Source of the DNA: an uncultured Rhodospirillaceae bacterium
Lineage (GTDB): Bacteria; Pseudomonadota; Alphaproteobacteria; UBA8366
DNA: 64,000 nucleotides
Direction of reading: 5' to 3'
Assembly: GCA_913043025.1 (NCBI GenBank)
Contig: CAJWLM010000002.1
Coordinates: 130,355-194,354 of the forward strand
The translations under genes were made by a program, and so were the position numbers. Under the pieces are notes generated by a model. The model was not told where the DNA came from and did no database searches. It saw nothing but the letters and a program-made list of their open reading frames with translations. Positions 19,684 through 28,981 of the stretch are shown here, piece after piece (within the stretch, counting starts at the first letter, position 1; every line of letters begins with the position of its first letter).

Positions 19684-19736
19684 CTGCTAATGTTGTATGT
19701 AACGGTCAGATTTTTCAAGTCGGGAGCCAAATATAG

Positions 19737-20816
19737 TTGGAAACACGAATTACAAAACTTTTGGATATTGCTGTGCCAATAGTACAAGCGCCAATGGCTG
19801 GAACTTCTACTCCAGCTTTAGCAGCAGCAGTTTCCAACTCAGGCGGGTTGGGTTCGTTAGGTTTGGGGGCATGTAGTCCAGATGAGGCAGCAAAAATGAT
19901 TGCGGAAACGAGGCAACTTACAAACCAGCCCTTTAATCTAAATTTTTTCGTGCACGAACGTCCGATACGGGATATCGCTAAAGAGGTCGCTTGGCTGGAT
20001 ACTATTAGACCCTTTTTTGATGAATACGAAACTGAACAGCCTACGGCGCTTAGTGAAAATCTTACGTCGTTTAATATTGATGACGATATGTTTGAAGTCG
20101 TAATGGAGTTGAAGCCGGCTGTAGTGAGTTTCCACTTTGGGCTGCCTAGCTCGAGCCGGGCCAGTGCACTAAAAGAATATGGGGCATTCTTGATTTCGAC
20201 CGTTACGAATAGAGACGAAGCTTTGAAGGCTGTCCAATCCGGGATGGATGCGGTTGTGGCGCAGGGTTTTGAGGCTGGTGGACATCGAGGTACATTTAGC
20301 ACTCCCTTCGAGGATGGTTATATAACAACGATGGCATTAATACCGCTGATTGTCGAAACAATCGATCTGCCCGTGATAGCCGCTGGAGGAATAATGAATG
20401 GCAATGGGATTGCTGCCTCATTGGCTTTAGGGGCATCAGCCGTTCAAATGGGTACTGCATTTGTATCAACACATGAAAGTGCTGCTAATAAAGCCTACCG
20501 GGACTTTCTTTTGAGTGATCGAGCATTCAAAACAGAAATTACTAACGTAATATCAGGCCGCCCAGCGCGCGCTTTGATTAATCGTTTTACCGATGAATTG
20601 AGGATACATGATCGTAATACACCCGGCTATCCAATGACTTATGAAGCCAGCAAGGCACTAAATACTGCTGCAAGTGCAAAGGGTTCACATGAGTTTATGC
20701 CCATGTGGGCAGGGCAAGGGGCAGGTCTTTCTAGGCCAATGGCTGCAAGTGATTTAATGAAAAGATTGCTACAGGAAACCAATGAAGTCATTGGGCAGCT
20801 AAAAAATATATATTAA
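19737..20816 (+). CDS. Nitronate monooxygenase (NMO / 2-nitropropane dioxygenase family, FMN)
   Basis: TTG start. The motifs VPIVQAPMAG and GFEAGGHRG are present. Confidence 0.85.
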   Translation: METRITKLLDIAVPIVQAPMAGTSTPALAAAVSNSGGLGSLGLGACSPDEAAKMIAETRQLTNQPFNLNFFVHERPIRDIAKEVAWLDTIRPFFDEYETEQPTALSENLTSFNIDDDMFEVVMELKPAVVSFHFGLPSSSRASALKEYGAFLISTVTNRDEALKAVQSGMDAVVAQGFEAGGHRGTFSTPFEDGYITTMALIPLIVETIDLPVIAAGGIMNGNGIAASLALGASAVQMGTAFVSTHESAANKAYRDFLLSDRAFKTEITNVISGRPARALINRFTDELRIHDRNTPGYPMTYEASKALNTAASAKGSHEFMPMWAGQGAGLSRPMAASDLMKRLLQETNEVIGQLKNIY

Positions 20817-20832
20817 TTATTGGAGAGTTGGT

Positions 20833-21885
20833 ATGCGTGTGATGGCACTTTTGCCTCAACATAATTTGAGTGCCGCTAGAGCGTATGCACTTCATTATGA
20901 GGAACTAGGCGTAGATGGACTGAAAACCTCTGAGTTATCACACGATCCTTTTTTACCCTTAGCAGCTGTAGCAAATGGAACCAAACGTGTAGAGTTGGCG
21001 ACTGGTATAGCCATAGCGTTTGCAAGAAGCCCGATGGTTGTAGCAATGATGGCAAATGATCTTCAATCCAGCTCGAATGGGCGTTTTGTCCTTGGACTCG
21101 GTAGCCAAGTCAAAGGGCACAATGAACGCCGATTTAGTGTGCCTTGGAGTGCTCCAGCCCCCCGAATGAGAGAATATGTTGCATCACTGCGCGCTATTTG
21201 GCGTTGTTGGGAGAAAGGCGAGAAGCTTAATTTTCAAGGTGATCATTATCAGTTTGATCTGATGACCCCTGTTTTCTCACCAAACCCTTCTGGCAAATCT
21301 ATGGTTCCTGTTACATTGGCGGCGGTAGGACCGGCGATGATTCGGCTTGCCGCCGCCATTGCTGATGGCGTGCGCCTGCACTCCTTTTGTACGGGTAAAT
21401 ACATGCGAGACGTTTTGTTGCCAGAACTTGAGAAGGGCTGGAAAGCAAGCGGAATGGCTCGAGAGAACTTTGAAGTAGTTGGAGGGGGGTATGTTATTAC
21501 GGGCCCGGACGAAGAAACGGTTGCGCAGCAGTTTGAATGGGTGCGTGAGCGCTTAGCGTTTTATGGATCGACTAGAACATATCTACCAGTTTGGGCAGCC
21601 CATGGTGAACAAGAATTAGGATTGAAACTGCATAGCATGTCAAAGGAGGGAAAATGGGGGGAAATGGCCCAACAACTCTCTGATGACCATGTAAATCTTT
21701 TTGTTGCTGCTGCAACACACAAGGACATCGTTAGATGTATTAGAGAGCGCTACAACGGCGTTTCGGATACTATATATCTTAATCAAATACCTGGGGTGGA
21801 CCCAAAAATACCTGCAGACTTACTCCAAGAAATAAAGAATATTCCTACCGCGTTCAAAGGATTTAGAAACCGCTTCAACGACTAA
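20833..21885 (+). CDS. Luciferase-like monooxygenase (LLM) class flavin/F420-type oxidoreductase
   Basis: 350 aa with the LLM-fold pattern (GIAIAFARSP, FVLGLGSQVKGHNERRF). Confidence 0.7.
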   Translation: MRVMALLPQHNLSAARAYALHYEELGVDGLKTSELSHDPFLPLAAVANGTKRVELATGIAIAFARSPMVVAMMANDLQSSSNGRFVLGLGSQVKGHNERRFSVPWSAPAPRMREYVASLRAIWRCWEKGEKLNFQGDHYQFDLMTPVFSPNPSGKSMVPVTLAAVGPAMIRLAAAIADGVRLHSFCTGKYMRDVLLPELEKGWKASGMARENFEVVGGGYVITGPDEETVAQQFEWVRERLAFYGSTRTYLPVWAAHGEQELGLKLHSMSKEGKWGEMAQQLSDDHVNLFVAAATHKDIVRCIRERYNGVSDTIYLNQIPGVDPKIPADLLQEIKNIPTAFKGFRNRFND

Positions 21886-21919
21886 TTTAATGACCTTGTA
21901 TGTCTAGAAACTTTCTTCT

Positions 21920-23068
21920 TTAGACAGCGTTAGAATCCCCGAGAATTACAGTGCATTGGCTTGACAAAACACCGCCATTGCCATGAGCAAGCGCGACATT
22001 GACGTCTTTGACTTGGCGTTCACCACACTGGCCCCTTACTTGGCGCGTTGCCTCTATAAGCAAAAACAATCCATACATACCTGGATGGCAATATGAAAGG
22101 CCACCGCCAGATGTATTAACAGGCAAATCTCCGCCAGGAGCAATTCGTCCATTCTCAACAAATGAACCACCCTCTCCCTTTTTGCAGAAGCCAAGGTCTT
22201 CTAGAAAAAGAAGGGTTGTAATAGTAAATGCATCATAAAGTGCTAACACATCTATGTCCCTTTGAGAGACACCTGCGGCTTCAAAAGCCTTTTTACCTGA
22301 CTCAACCGCAGCAGTAGTTGTCATATCATCCATACTGCTAATGTTCGCATGCCCAATTTGTTCGCCAGTTCCCAAAACGAATACTGGAGGTTGTTTTAAG
22401 TCTTTTGCTCGGTCTGCAGACGTTAAAACAATTGCTCCGCCGCCGTCTGTAACGAGGCAGCAATCACGAATAGTGAATGGATAACTTATCATTGGGGCAT
22501 TCAAAACATCTTCAATGGTAAGTGGGTCACGACTGTAGGCAACAGGATTCATCATAGCCCATTTCCGAGCAGCCACAGCGATCTCGGCTAGTTGCTCGCG
22601 AGTGGTGCCAAATTCATGCATGTGACGTGCTGCCGACATAGCATAGGCTGATGGCGGCATCATCGGCTTAAAAGGGTCTTCATACCACGCTAACTCTCGT
22701 TGGCTAGTCGCAGCCCTGCTCATGGAGCGTTGGGTAGAACCATAAACAATAAGAGCTACTTCACATTTTCCGGTTGTAATGGCGGCAACTGCATGGCTCA
22801 CGTGAGACATAAACGATGAACCACCGATTTGGGTGGAATCAATGAAGTTAGGTTTGATGCCGAGGTATTCGCAAGTGCCTAAACCAACCATACGTGATTG
22901 ACTGGTGGCTGCGAAGACCCCATCAACATCTTGCAATGTTAGGCCGGCGTCATCAAGGGCACGGATTGCCGCCTGTCCAATTAAGTCCAAGTGACTCGTG
23001 TTTGCCGCTACTTTGCCTAGGTCGGATTCAGCGGCTCCCACTACACAAACTTTTCCTTTTAAATCCAT
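21920..23068 (-). CDS. Thiolase-fold protein (SCP-x/lipid-transfer-type acetyl-CoA acetyltransferase-like)
   Basis: 382 aa with a thiolase-like N-terminus (VCVVGAAESDLGK) and C-terminal NTSGGGLS and HGNGG blocks. It is paired with a DUF35 gene. Confidence 0.75.
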   Translation of the reverse strand: MDLKGKVCVVGAAESDLGKVAANTSHLDLIGQAAIRALDDAGLTLQDVDGVFAATSQSRMVGLGTCEYLGIKPNFIDSTQIGGSSFMSHVSHAVAAITTGKCEVALIVYGSTQRSMSRAATSQRELAWYEDPFKPMMPPSAYAMSAARHMHEFGTTREQLAEIAVAARKWAMMNPVAYSRDPLTIEDVLNAPMISYPFTIRDCCLVTDGGGAIVLTSADRAKDLKQPPVFVLGTGEQIGHANISSMDDMTTTAAVESGKKAFEAAGVSQRDIDVLALYDAFTITTLLFLEDLGFCKKGEGGSFVENGRIAPGGDLPVNTSGGGLSYCHPGMYGLFLLIEATRQVRGQCGERQVKDVNVALAHGNGGVLSSQCTVILGDSNAV

Positions 23069-23075
23069 TTTCTAC

Positions 23076-23456
23076 TTACTCCGCGGGCTGGAAAACTGGG
23101 TAGGGATCACTATCATTGTTATCTTGATGCACTTTAACTTTTACCCGCATGCCAATTTTGACATTCATAGGATCTATGGTTTCAATGCGGCTCATCAGTC
23201 GAAATCCTTCATCCATGTCTATCAGCGAAACGTCATAGGGCTCTTTGCCACGGGGACACACTGTTGTTGTTGAATAGACAGTTCCAAGGCCTTTACTCAC
23301 TTTCCATTCCAGATCCGTATTGCCGCTGACCGGCGCAACAACGCGAGGATAAAAAACCACTTGACCATTTTCACTACAAACCTGATATGCAAGTTCGCCT
23401 TTTTTAAGATAGTCCAGATATTGTTGGCGAGGTGAAATGCCAGTTAAATCAACCAT
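23076..23456 (-). CDS. DUF35 OB-fold (acyl-CoA-associated) protein, thiolase partner
   Basis: 126 aa, 7 nt upstream of the thiolase gene, with OB-fold C-terminal half (IGMRVKVKV). The usual four-Cys zinc ribbon is not evident. Confidence 0.65.
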   Translation of the reverse strand: MVDLTGISPRQQYLDYLKKGELAYQVCSENGQVVFYPRVVAPVSGNTDLEWKVSKGLGTVYSTTTVCPRGKEPYDVSLIDMDEGFRLMSRIETIDPMNVKIGMRVKVKVHQDNNDSDPYPVFQPAE

Positions 23457-23554
23457 TGACAGGCTCCCGTTTATCTATGTACGGCCACTTTAGCTGCGGG
23501 TTTGCATTGAAGCAAGGCGATGTCATTGTTTAGAATATTGGAATATCGACAAAA

Positions 23555-23995
23555 TTACCAAACTCCTACGTTGTCCATTGAGATCCACGGTTCTTTTTTC
23601 GGTAAACTTTCACCTTCCTGCAACAATTCAATAGAAATGCCATCTGGGGATCGGATGAAAGCCATTTTCCCATCTCTTGGTGGGCGATTGATTGTGATGC
23701 CATTGTCAAGTATCTTTTGGCAAGTCGAATAAATGTTATCAACTGAATATGCAAGGTGTCCAAAATTTCGACCACTTGTGTATTCCTCAGGTTCCCAATT
23801 CCAAGTGAGCTCGAGTATTGGAGATCCATTTTTTTTTGCATTTCCAAGATCCTCGGAAGCCGCTAAAAAAACTAGTGTGAATCGACCTGCCTCACTTTCA
23901 ATACGGCGGGTTTCCGTCATACCCAAGTTGGAGGTAAAAAAATTTATGGAGTCCTCAAGATTTGTGACTCTTAGCATGGTGTGAAGATATTTCAT
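23555..23995 (-). CDS. gloA: Lactoylglutathione lyase (glyoxalase I), paralog 2
   Basis: 146 aa with [21 protein letters not shown] and SIELLQ. All four metal-ligand positions (H, E, H, E) are present. Confidence 0.85.
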   Translation of the reverse strand: MKYLHTMLRVTNLEDSINFFTSNLGMTETRRIESEAGRFTLVFLAASEDLGNAKKNGSPILELTWNWEPEEYTSGRNFGHLAYSVDNIYSTCQKILDNGITINRPPRDGKMAFIRSPDGISIELLQEGESLPKKEPWISMDNVGVW

Positions 23996-24433
23996 TTACC
24001 ATTCCCCAGAGTTTTTCATTGACGCCCAAGGTTCCTGTTTGGGTAATTTCTCCCCTTTTTGCAGCAATTCTATTGATACCCCGTCGGGAGTTCTAACGAA
24101 AGCCATATGACCGTCACGAGGTGGACGATTAATAACCACACCTATTTCTGTGAGTGTTTCACATATGGCGTAGATATCTTCAACCTCAAACGCAAGGTGT
24201 CCAAAATTTCGACCACCCTTGTATTCCTCGGGATCCCAATTATACGTTAGTTCCAAAGTTGGGGCTCGAACAGCCTTCGCTGATGCAATATCATCTTTTG
24301 CAGCTAAATGCACATTTGTGAATTTACCCTTCTCGCTATTCCGGCGCCTTATCTCCCTGAGTCCAAGTATCTGAAAAAAAATCAGTGACTTCTCAAGGTT
24401 CGAAACCCTTATCATTGTGTGCAAATAACGCAA
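23996..24433 (-). CDS. gloA: Lactoylglutathione lyase (glyoxalase I), paralog 1
   Basis: A TTG start follows GAGGA. The 145-aa protein has MRYLHTMIRV, ELTYNW, FGHLA and SIELLQ. Its stop TAA directly abuts the ATG of paralog 2. Confidence 0.85.
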   Translation of the reverse strand: MRYLHTMIRVSNLEKSLIFFQILGLREIRRRNSEKGKFTNVHLAAKDDIASAKAVRAPTLELTYNWDPEEYKGGRNFGHLAFEVEDIYAICETLTEIGVVINRPPRDGHMAFVRTPDGVSIELLQKGEKLPKQEPWASMKNSGEW

Positions 24434-24634
24434 TTTTTCCTCACTGTTGTTAAAGACATTAATTTATTCAGGCTATGAACGAGTGACTATAATAAGGCAC
24501 TGCTAGTGAATCGCACAGTAAAGGATGAGGTATGTGAAATCTTGTACAAATTAGCTATTTTGGACTAAGGAATTGTAAATGGTGATTTAAAGAACTTTTT
24601 TAGAACTTTCCCCCAGTAAATGGCTATACGAATT

Positions 24635-24653
24635 TGCCTGAATCAATCAGGCA
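24635..24653. promoter_or_regulatory. 19-bp palindrome TGCCTGA-ATCAA-TCAGGCA (candidate operator)
   Basis: Perfect 7-bp arms with a 5-bp centre, 38 nt upstream of the remnant ORF start and about 170 nt upstream of panE. Confidence 0.25.
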
Positions 24654-24690
24654 TGACAAGTTGATTGATCTAAAATATTGGAGCAAACAT

Positions 24691-24825
24691 ATGAGCGATT
24701 TTCAGGTTACCTTAGTCGCTGGAACGTATGATCGACCACACCCATTAAGAGATGGCTGTGCAAAACCAGATGGGTGTTCTCTAACCTATCTTGCAATGAA
24801 GCCCATGGGTTTATTTTTCTTATGA
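24691..24825 (+). pseudogene. 44-codon N-terminal remnant of a PhtD-like (annotated 4,5-dihydroxyphthalate decarboxylase / NMT1-THI5-like binding-fold) gene
   Basis: The ATG follows a GGAG RBS. The peptide MSDFQVTLVAGTYDRPHPLRDGCAKPDGCSLTYLAMKP resembles the conserved N-terminus of that ~330-aa family. The frame stops after 44 codons and overlaps the panE start. Confidence 0.4.
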
Positions 24826-25805
24826 AAGTTTGCATCTTTGGAGCTGGCGCCATAGGGAGCCACTTTGCAGTACGACTTTCGGCAATTGGTGTCGATGTGT
24901 CTTGCATAGCACGTGGCAAACAACTCGATGCGATACGTGAAAACGGTATTACGTTGCATAGAGTTAATCAAGAAACGTTGCACGCAAAGGTACATGCAAG
25001 CGATGATCCGTTTTCACTTGGAGTGCAAGACCTCGTTATTGTCACGGTCAAAAGTTATTCGTTAAGTGACATTGTAGATCAAATGAAGGGGCTACTAGGC
25101 CCTGAGACACCGATTATTTATGCGCAAAACGGCATTCCGTGGTGGTATTTTTATGGCCTCGATCAACCTTCAAAGGAGAGAAGGATCGAAAGTTTAGATC
25201 CAGGAGGCCGCCTTTGGGACGATCTTGGTGTTCATCGCGCAATCGGCGGCGTGGTATATTCGGCCAACACTTTAGAAAGTCCAGGTGTTGTAAGAAATAC
25301 AAGCCCGGGCCGCAATTGGCTACAAATTGGTGAGCCAACGGGATTTAAATCAGTTCGTATAAAAAAAATTCATGATGCCTTTGATGAGGCCGATATGGGG
25401 CCGCTTACTAACGATATTCGTTATACGGTATGGGACAAGTTGATGAGCAATATGGCTACTGGCTCCATTAGTTGTTTAACACATGGTACAGTTGATGAAT
25501 TACAGCAAAACGATGGCACACATGCCCTTGCTATTGGAATAATGAAGGAGGCAATGGCAATAGCGAATAGCCTGGGTACATCAATTGCCATAGACCCAGT
25601 TGAACGTTTCAAGTTGACCAAGGGAGGGTCGCACAAGGTTTCAATGCTGCAGGATCTTGAACGGGTTCATCGCATGGAAATTGACTCAATGGTTGGTGTC
25701 CCTGTCGAACTAGCTCAAAAAGCTGGTATCAAAGTACCTATTTTGAAAGTAGTTGTGGCTCTTTTAAAGCAAAAGGCACATCTTTTAGGGCTCTATAACA
25801 CCTGA
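24822..25805 (+). CDS. panE: 2-dehydropantoate 2-reductase (ketopantoate reductase, ApbA/PanE family)
   Basis: The ATG at 24822 gives the canonical N-terminal Rossmann motif MKVCIFGAGAIGS. Length is 327 aa. Confidence 0.8.
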   Translation: MKVCIFGAGAIGSHFAVRLSAIGVDVSCIARGKQLDAIRENGITLHRVNQETLHAKVHASDDPFSLGVQDLVIVTVKSYSLSDIVDQMKGLLGPETPIIYAQNGIPWWYFYGLDQPSKERRIESLDPGGRLWDDLGVHRAIGGVVYSANTLESPGVVRNTSPGRNWLQIGEPTGFKSVRIKKIHDAFDEADMGPLTNDIRYTVWDKLMSNMATGSISCLTHGTVDELQQNDGTHALAIGIMKEAMAIANSLGTSIAIDPVERFKLTKGGSHKVSMLQDLERVHRMEIDSMVGVPVELAQKAGIKVPILKVVVALLKQKAHLLGLYNT

Positions 25806-25814
25806 TAAAATCTA

Positions 25815-26567
25815 TCAACACTCTCTATTTCCTTGCCCACATGGCACCCAGTTAGCTGCCCGTGATGATGCCTCGTCAATCTGTTTTTGTGTCATGTAAG
25901 ACTGCAAATGAGTATCTGTGGCCTGTGCCTCGCTATTACCTCTGAAAGCGGACAGTGTATGCCATTTGTAGCTCTCAATGATGTCAAGCGTCACACCACG
26001 ACCCTCGAAGTAAAGTTTTGCTAATCTGAGCTGTGCCTCCGCATGGCCAGATTCGGCCAATGCTTTTACTATTTGTGCGGCCTTTGTATCGTCACCCAAT
26101 CCAGTCCGATTATCTGCAACTAGGTCAGCCAGTTTTAACCGAGCCTTCGCAACTTGAGGTGGGTCTAGTTGCCACCAGACTTTATCACGCTCTATTCCTG
26201 CCTTTTCACGACCATGCATCACAGCCAAGGATAGCCATATGTATGCGCGAATTAGGTCTTTATCAACGCCTTGCCCTTTTTGGTAGAGTATTCCAAAGAC
26301 ATGTTGAGCAGGTGCGTAACCGTTAATCGCTGCTTTCTCGATATAGTGAGCTCCAGAAGTTGGATCAGACCTAGTTCCCTGTCCATTAATGTGCATTATG
26401 CCTACGTAATACTGTGCCTTTGTCGTGCCATGGTTAGCGAGATCAACCCACGCAGTGAACGCATTTTCGTAATCACCCCTCTTGTACGCGGCAAGCGCTT
26501 CTAAGGGGCCTGCGGATACCGGCCCTAAGATGCCTAGGATCAGAGCCATGAACAGAAAGTATCGCAT
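25815..26567 (-). CDS. Secreted Sel1-like (SLR) tetratricopeptide repeat protein
   Basis: It has a signal peptide (MRYFLFMALILGILGPVSAG). Repeated A-x-Y/F-x-L/G-x-hydrophobic-Y-x-x-G-x-G units occur (KAQYYVGIMHINGQG, PAQHVFGILYQKGQG, EAQLRLAKLYFEGRG). Confidence 0.8.
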   Translation of the reverse strand: MRYFLFMALILGILGPVSAGPLEALAAYKRGDYENAFTAWVDLANHGTTKAQYYVGIMHINGQGTRSDPTSGAHYIEKAAINGYAPAQHVFGILYQKGQGVDKDLIRAYIWLSLAVMHGREKAGIERDKVWWQLDPPQVAKARLKLADLVADNRTGLGDDTKAAQIVKALAESGHAEAQLRLAKLYFEGRGVTLDIIESYKWHTLSAFRGNSEAQATDTHLQSYMTQKQIDEASSRAANWVPCGQGNREC

Positions 26568-26597
26568 TATTTGCTCCTAGATACTGTAAGTTATAAG

Positions 26598-28475
26598 TTA
26601 ACCATTTTCCTGTAGGTCCCAGTCCTCTTGCAACTTCATCCAAGTTTTTTCAGCTTTTTCAAGATCTTTTTCAATTCGTCCAAGTTGTTTTTGTAATTGA
26701 ATTGATTGATCCGAAGCGCCATCATAAAGAGCAGGGTCAGCCATGCTTATCTGAAGTCTCTTTTTTTCACTATCTAAAGTTTCCACCATATTTTCTGCAT
26801 GGGCCAGAGCTTTTTTGAGTGGTGCTAAATTAGCTCGCATTGAGGCAGCCGTGCGGCGTTGTTTTTTTCGAATATGACGGGGGCTCTCTGACTTCTTATT
26901 GGAAATTTTGTTGCGTTGACGGCTCAATAACAGTTTCCGGTAGTCTTTTACATCACCATTAAAACTATTCACGGTGCCATCTTGCACTATCCAGAAATGG
27001 TCTACCGTAAGCTCAATGACATGCGGATCGTGGCTGACAATAATTACAGCCCCCTCAAAGCAATTAATTGCTTGAATTAAAGCTTGACGGTAATCCACAT
27101 CAAGATGGTTAGTCGGCTCATCTAGTAAAAGTATATGTGGGTTGTTGCAGCTCATGAGAGCGAAGAGAAGGCGCGCTTTTTCTCCACCAGACAGAGCTGC
27201 AACTTGTGTTTCCGCACGGTCTTGGTCAAAGCCAAAACTGCCAAGATGGCTTCGTACTTGGGTTTCGGTATCTCGAGGTCTACCACGGGTGATTTCAGAT
27301 ACAGGTGTTCCCTTCATATTGAGTTCATCGGTTTGATGTTGTGCAAAATATCCAATGCGAAGTTTGCTCGATTTAGTTTTTCTTCCGGCAGCGGGTTTGA
27401 GCCGCCCGGCCAGCAGTTTGATTAGTGTGGACTTGCCATTTCCATTGGCACCGAGAATTGCGATTCTGTCATCACTATCCAGTCGAATATTGATGTCACG
27501 CAAGACAGGCTCGCTGGTATAGCCGACATCGACTTTTTCCAAAGTCAATAATGGGGGCGAAAGAGGCGATGGTGTTGGGAATATAAATTTTCTGTTGTTA
27601 TCAGGTTGTAGATCGGCAATTGGTTGCAATCGCTCTAATTTCTTCAATCGAGATTGTGCTTGTTTCGCCTTACTTGCCTTGTAACGGAATCGATCGACGA
27701 AATTTTGAATATGAGCACGCTCATTTTCCTGTTTTTTGCGTTGTTGAATATTCTGCTCCAAGCGCATGCGACGTGCATTTTCGAACTTGTCGTAGCCACC
27801 CGAATAAAGAGTCAATTTACCCTTTTCAAGGTGGAGAATTTCTTGAACTACCAGATTCAATAAATGACGATCGTGGCTCACAACTATTAATGTCCCGCGG
27901 TATTGCTTCAAAAAATCCTCTAACCATATCGAGGCCTCAAGATCTAAGTGGTTAGTTGGTTCGTCCAAGAGCAGCAAGTCAGGTTGAACAAATAGAAGAG
28001 AAGCGAGAGCAATGCGCATTCGCCAACCACCAGAAAATTCTTGGCATGGACGATGTTGAGCAGCATCATCAAAGCCAAGCCCCACTAAGATTCTTGCTGC
28101 CCTCGCTTCCGCACTATGGGCCTCTAGATCCCGCAGTCGATCATGGACTTGAGCGAGACGTTCAGGATTACTTATATCCTCAGCATCCTTTTTCAGCTTG
28201 GTTAGTTCTTTGTTTGCTGCGAGTACAGTATCTAGTAACGAAAGGCAGCCTTCAGGTGCATTTTGGGTTGTCATCCCCAATTCCCATTTTTGCGGGAAAA
28301 CGATGTCACCCCCTGATGGGCTTAATTGGCGCATGATTAGCTTTAGCAACGTTGTTTTGCCAGTGCCATTTTGTCCAACAAAACCAACTTTATGGCCAGC
28401 GGGTATGCTTATATTAACGTTGTCAAGCAATACTCTGTCGCCTACGCGATACGTTAGATCTTTCAAATGTAACAT
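26598..28475 (-). CDS. ABC-F family ATPase (Uup/YheS-like, no TM domain)
   Basis: 625 aa with two ABC cassettes (GQNGTGKTT/LSGGW and GANGNGKST/LSGGE), an inter-domain linker and a C-terminal coiled coil. Confidence 0.9.
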   Translation of the reverse strand: MLHLKDLTYRVGDRVLLDNVNISIPAGHKVGFVGQNGTGKTTLLKLIMRQLSPSGGDIVFPQKWELGMTTQNAPEGCLSLLDTVLAANKELTKLKKDAEDISNPERLAQVHDRLRDLEAHSAEARAARILVGLGFDDAAQHRPCQEFSGGWRMRIALASLLFVQPDLLLLDEPTNHLDLEASIWLEDFLKQYRGTLIVVSHDRHLLNLVVQEILHLEKGKLTLYSGGYDKFENARRMRLEQNIQQRKKQENERAHIQNFVDRFRYKASKAKQAQSRLKKLERLQPIADLQPDNNRKFIFPTPSPLSPPLLTLEKVDVGYTSEPVLRDINIRLDSDDRIAILGANGNGKSTLIKLLAGRLKPAAGRKTKSSKLRIGYFAQHQTDELNMKGTPVSEITRGRPRDTETQVRSHLGSFGFDQDRAETQVAALSGGEKARLLFALMSCNNPHILLLDEPTNHLDVDYRQALIQAINCFEGAVIIVSHDPHVIELTVDHFWIVQDGTVNSFNGDVKDYRKLLLSRQRNKISNKKSESPRHIRKKQRRTAASMRANLAPLKKALAHAENMVETLDSEKKRLQISMADPALYDGASDQSIQLQKQLGRIEKDLEKAEKTWMKLQEDWDLQENG

Positions 28476-28557
28476 GAAGTGTTATTTATCACGGTGAAGT
28501 GTGAACAGGAAAGAATGCATCTTTGCTTGTATACTCAAAATCTGTCATCCTTACTAA

Positions 28558-28902
28558 ATGCCTGACAAACTGAACGATAGTATTAATGAGTTCCGTCTCG
28601 CAATTGAAATTGAGCTGACCGATCTTATTTCTCAAAGTAATCAATCCTCAGCAGAGCGTAAGCCTGTAAGGTTGGACCAACAAAGTGTAGGCAGACTTTC
28701 GCGTATGGATGCATTCCAAATACAAGAAATGGCCAAAGCTCTCGACACTAGGCGTCAAAAAAGATGTCGGGAATTAAATGCTGCGCTTAACCGGATTGAG
28801 CAAAGAGAGTATGGTATTTGCGAGGGTTGCGGCGATGATATCCCTGAAAAAAGACTCCAGATTAACCCTGCTGCAAGGAGATGTGTTGAGTGTGTAAAGT
28901 GA
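28558..28902 (+). CDS. TraR/DksA family C4-type zinc-finger protein
   Basis: 114 aa with C-terminal CEGCGDDIPEKRLQINPAARRCVEC and an upstream LDQQSVGRLSRMDA block. Confidence 0.8.
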   Translation: MPDKLNDSINEFRLAIEIELTDLISQSNQSSAERKPVRLDQQSVGRLSRMDAFQIQEMAKALDTRRQKRCRELNAALNRIEQREYGICEGCGDDIPEKRLQINPAARRCVECVK

Positions 28903-28981
28903 ATGTTATAAAGGATAAGGTAGAGCTACCGAGAAGTCATTTGAGCGCACATACTATCGCAACGTAGATTTTTGTTTGGCT

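Noticed and set aside
19715-20302. 195-aa ORF antisense to the nitronate monooxygenase gene. Similar long antisense ORFs occur at 54465-54989 (inside hpnN), 31186-31725 (inside the MFS gene), 6060-6497 and 2842-3312.
   Set aside because: Each lies wholly inside a confidently identified gene on the other strand. Their low-complexity, Ala/Ser/Pro/Arg-rich translations have no recognisable motif. They are typical shadow ORFs.
21920-23456. Thiolase-fold + DUF35 pair with NMO and LLM neighbours, considered as a novel system.
   Set aside because: The thiolase/DUF35 pairing is a widespread, well-known arrangement. The neighbours are on the opposite strand, and no linkage evidence is visible.
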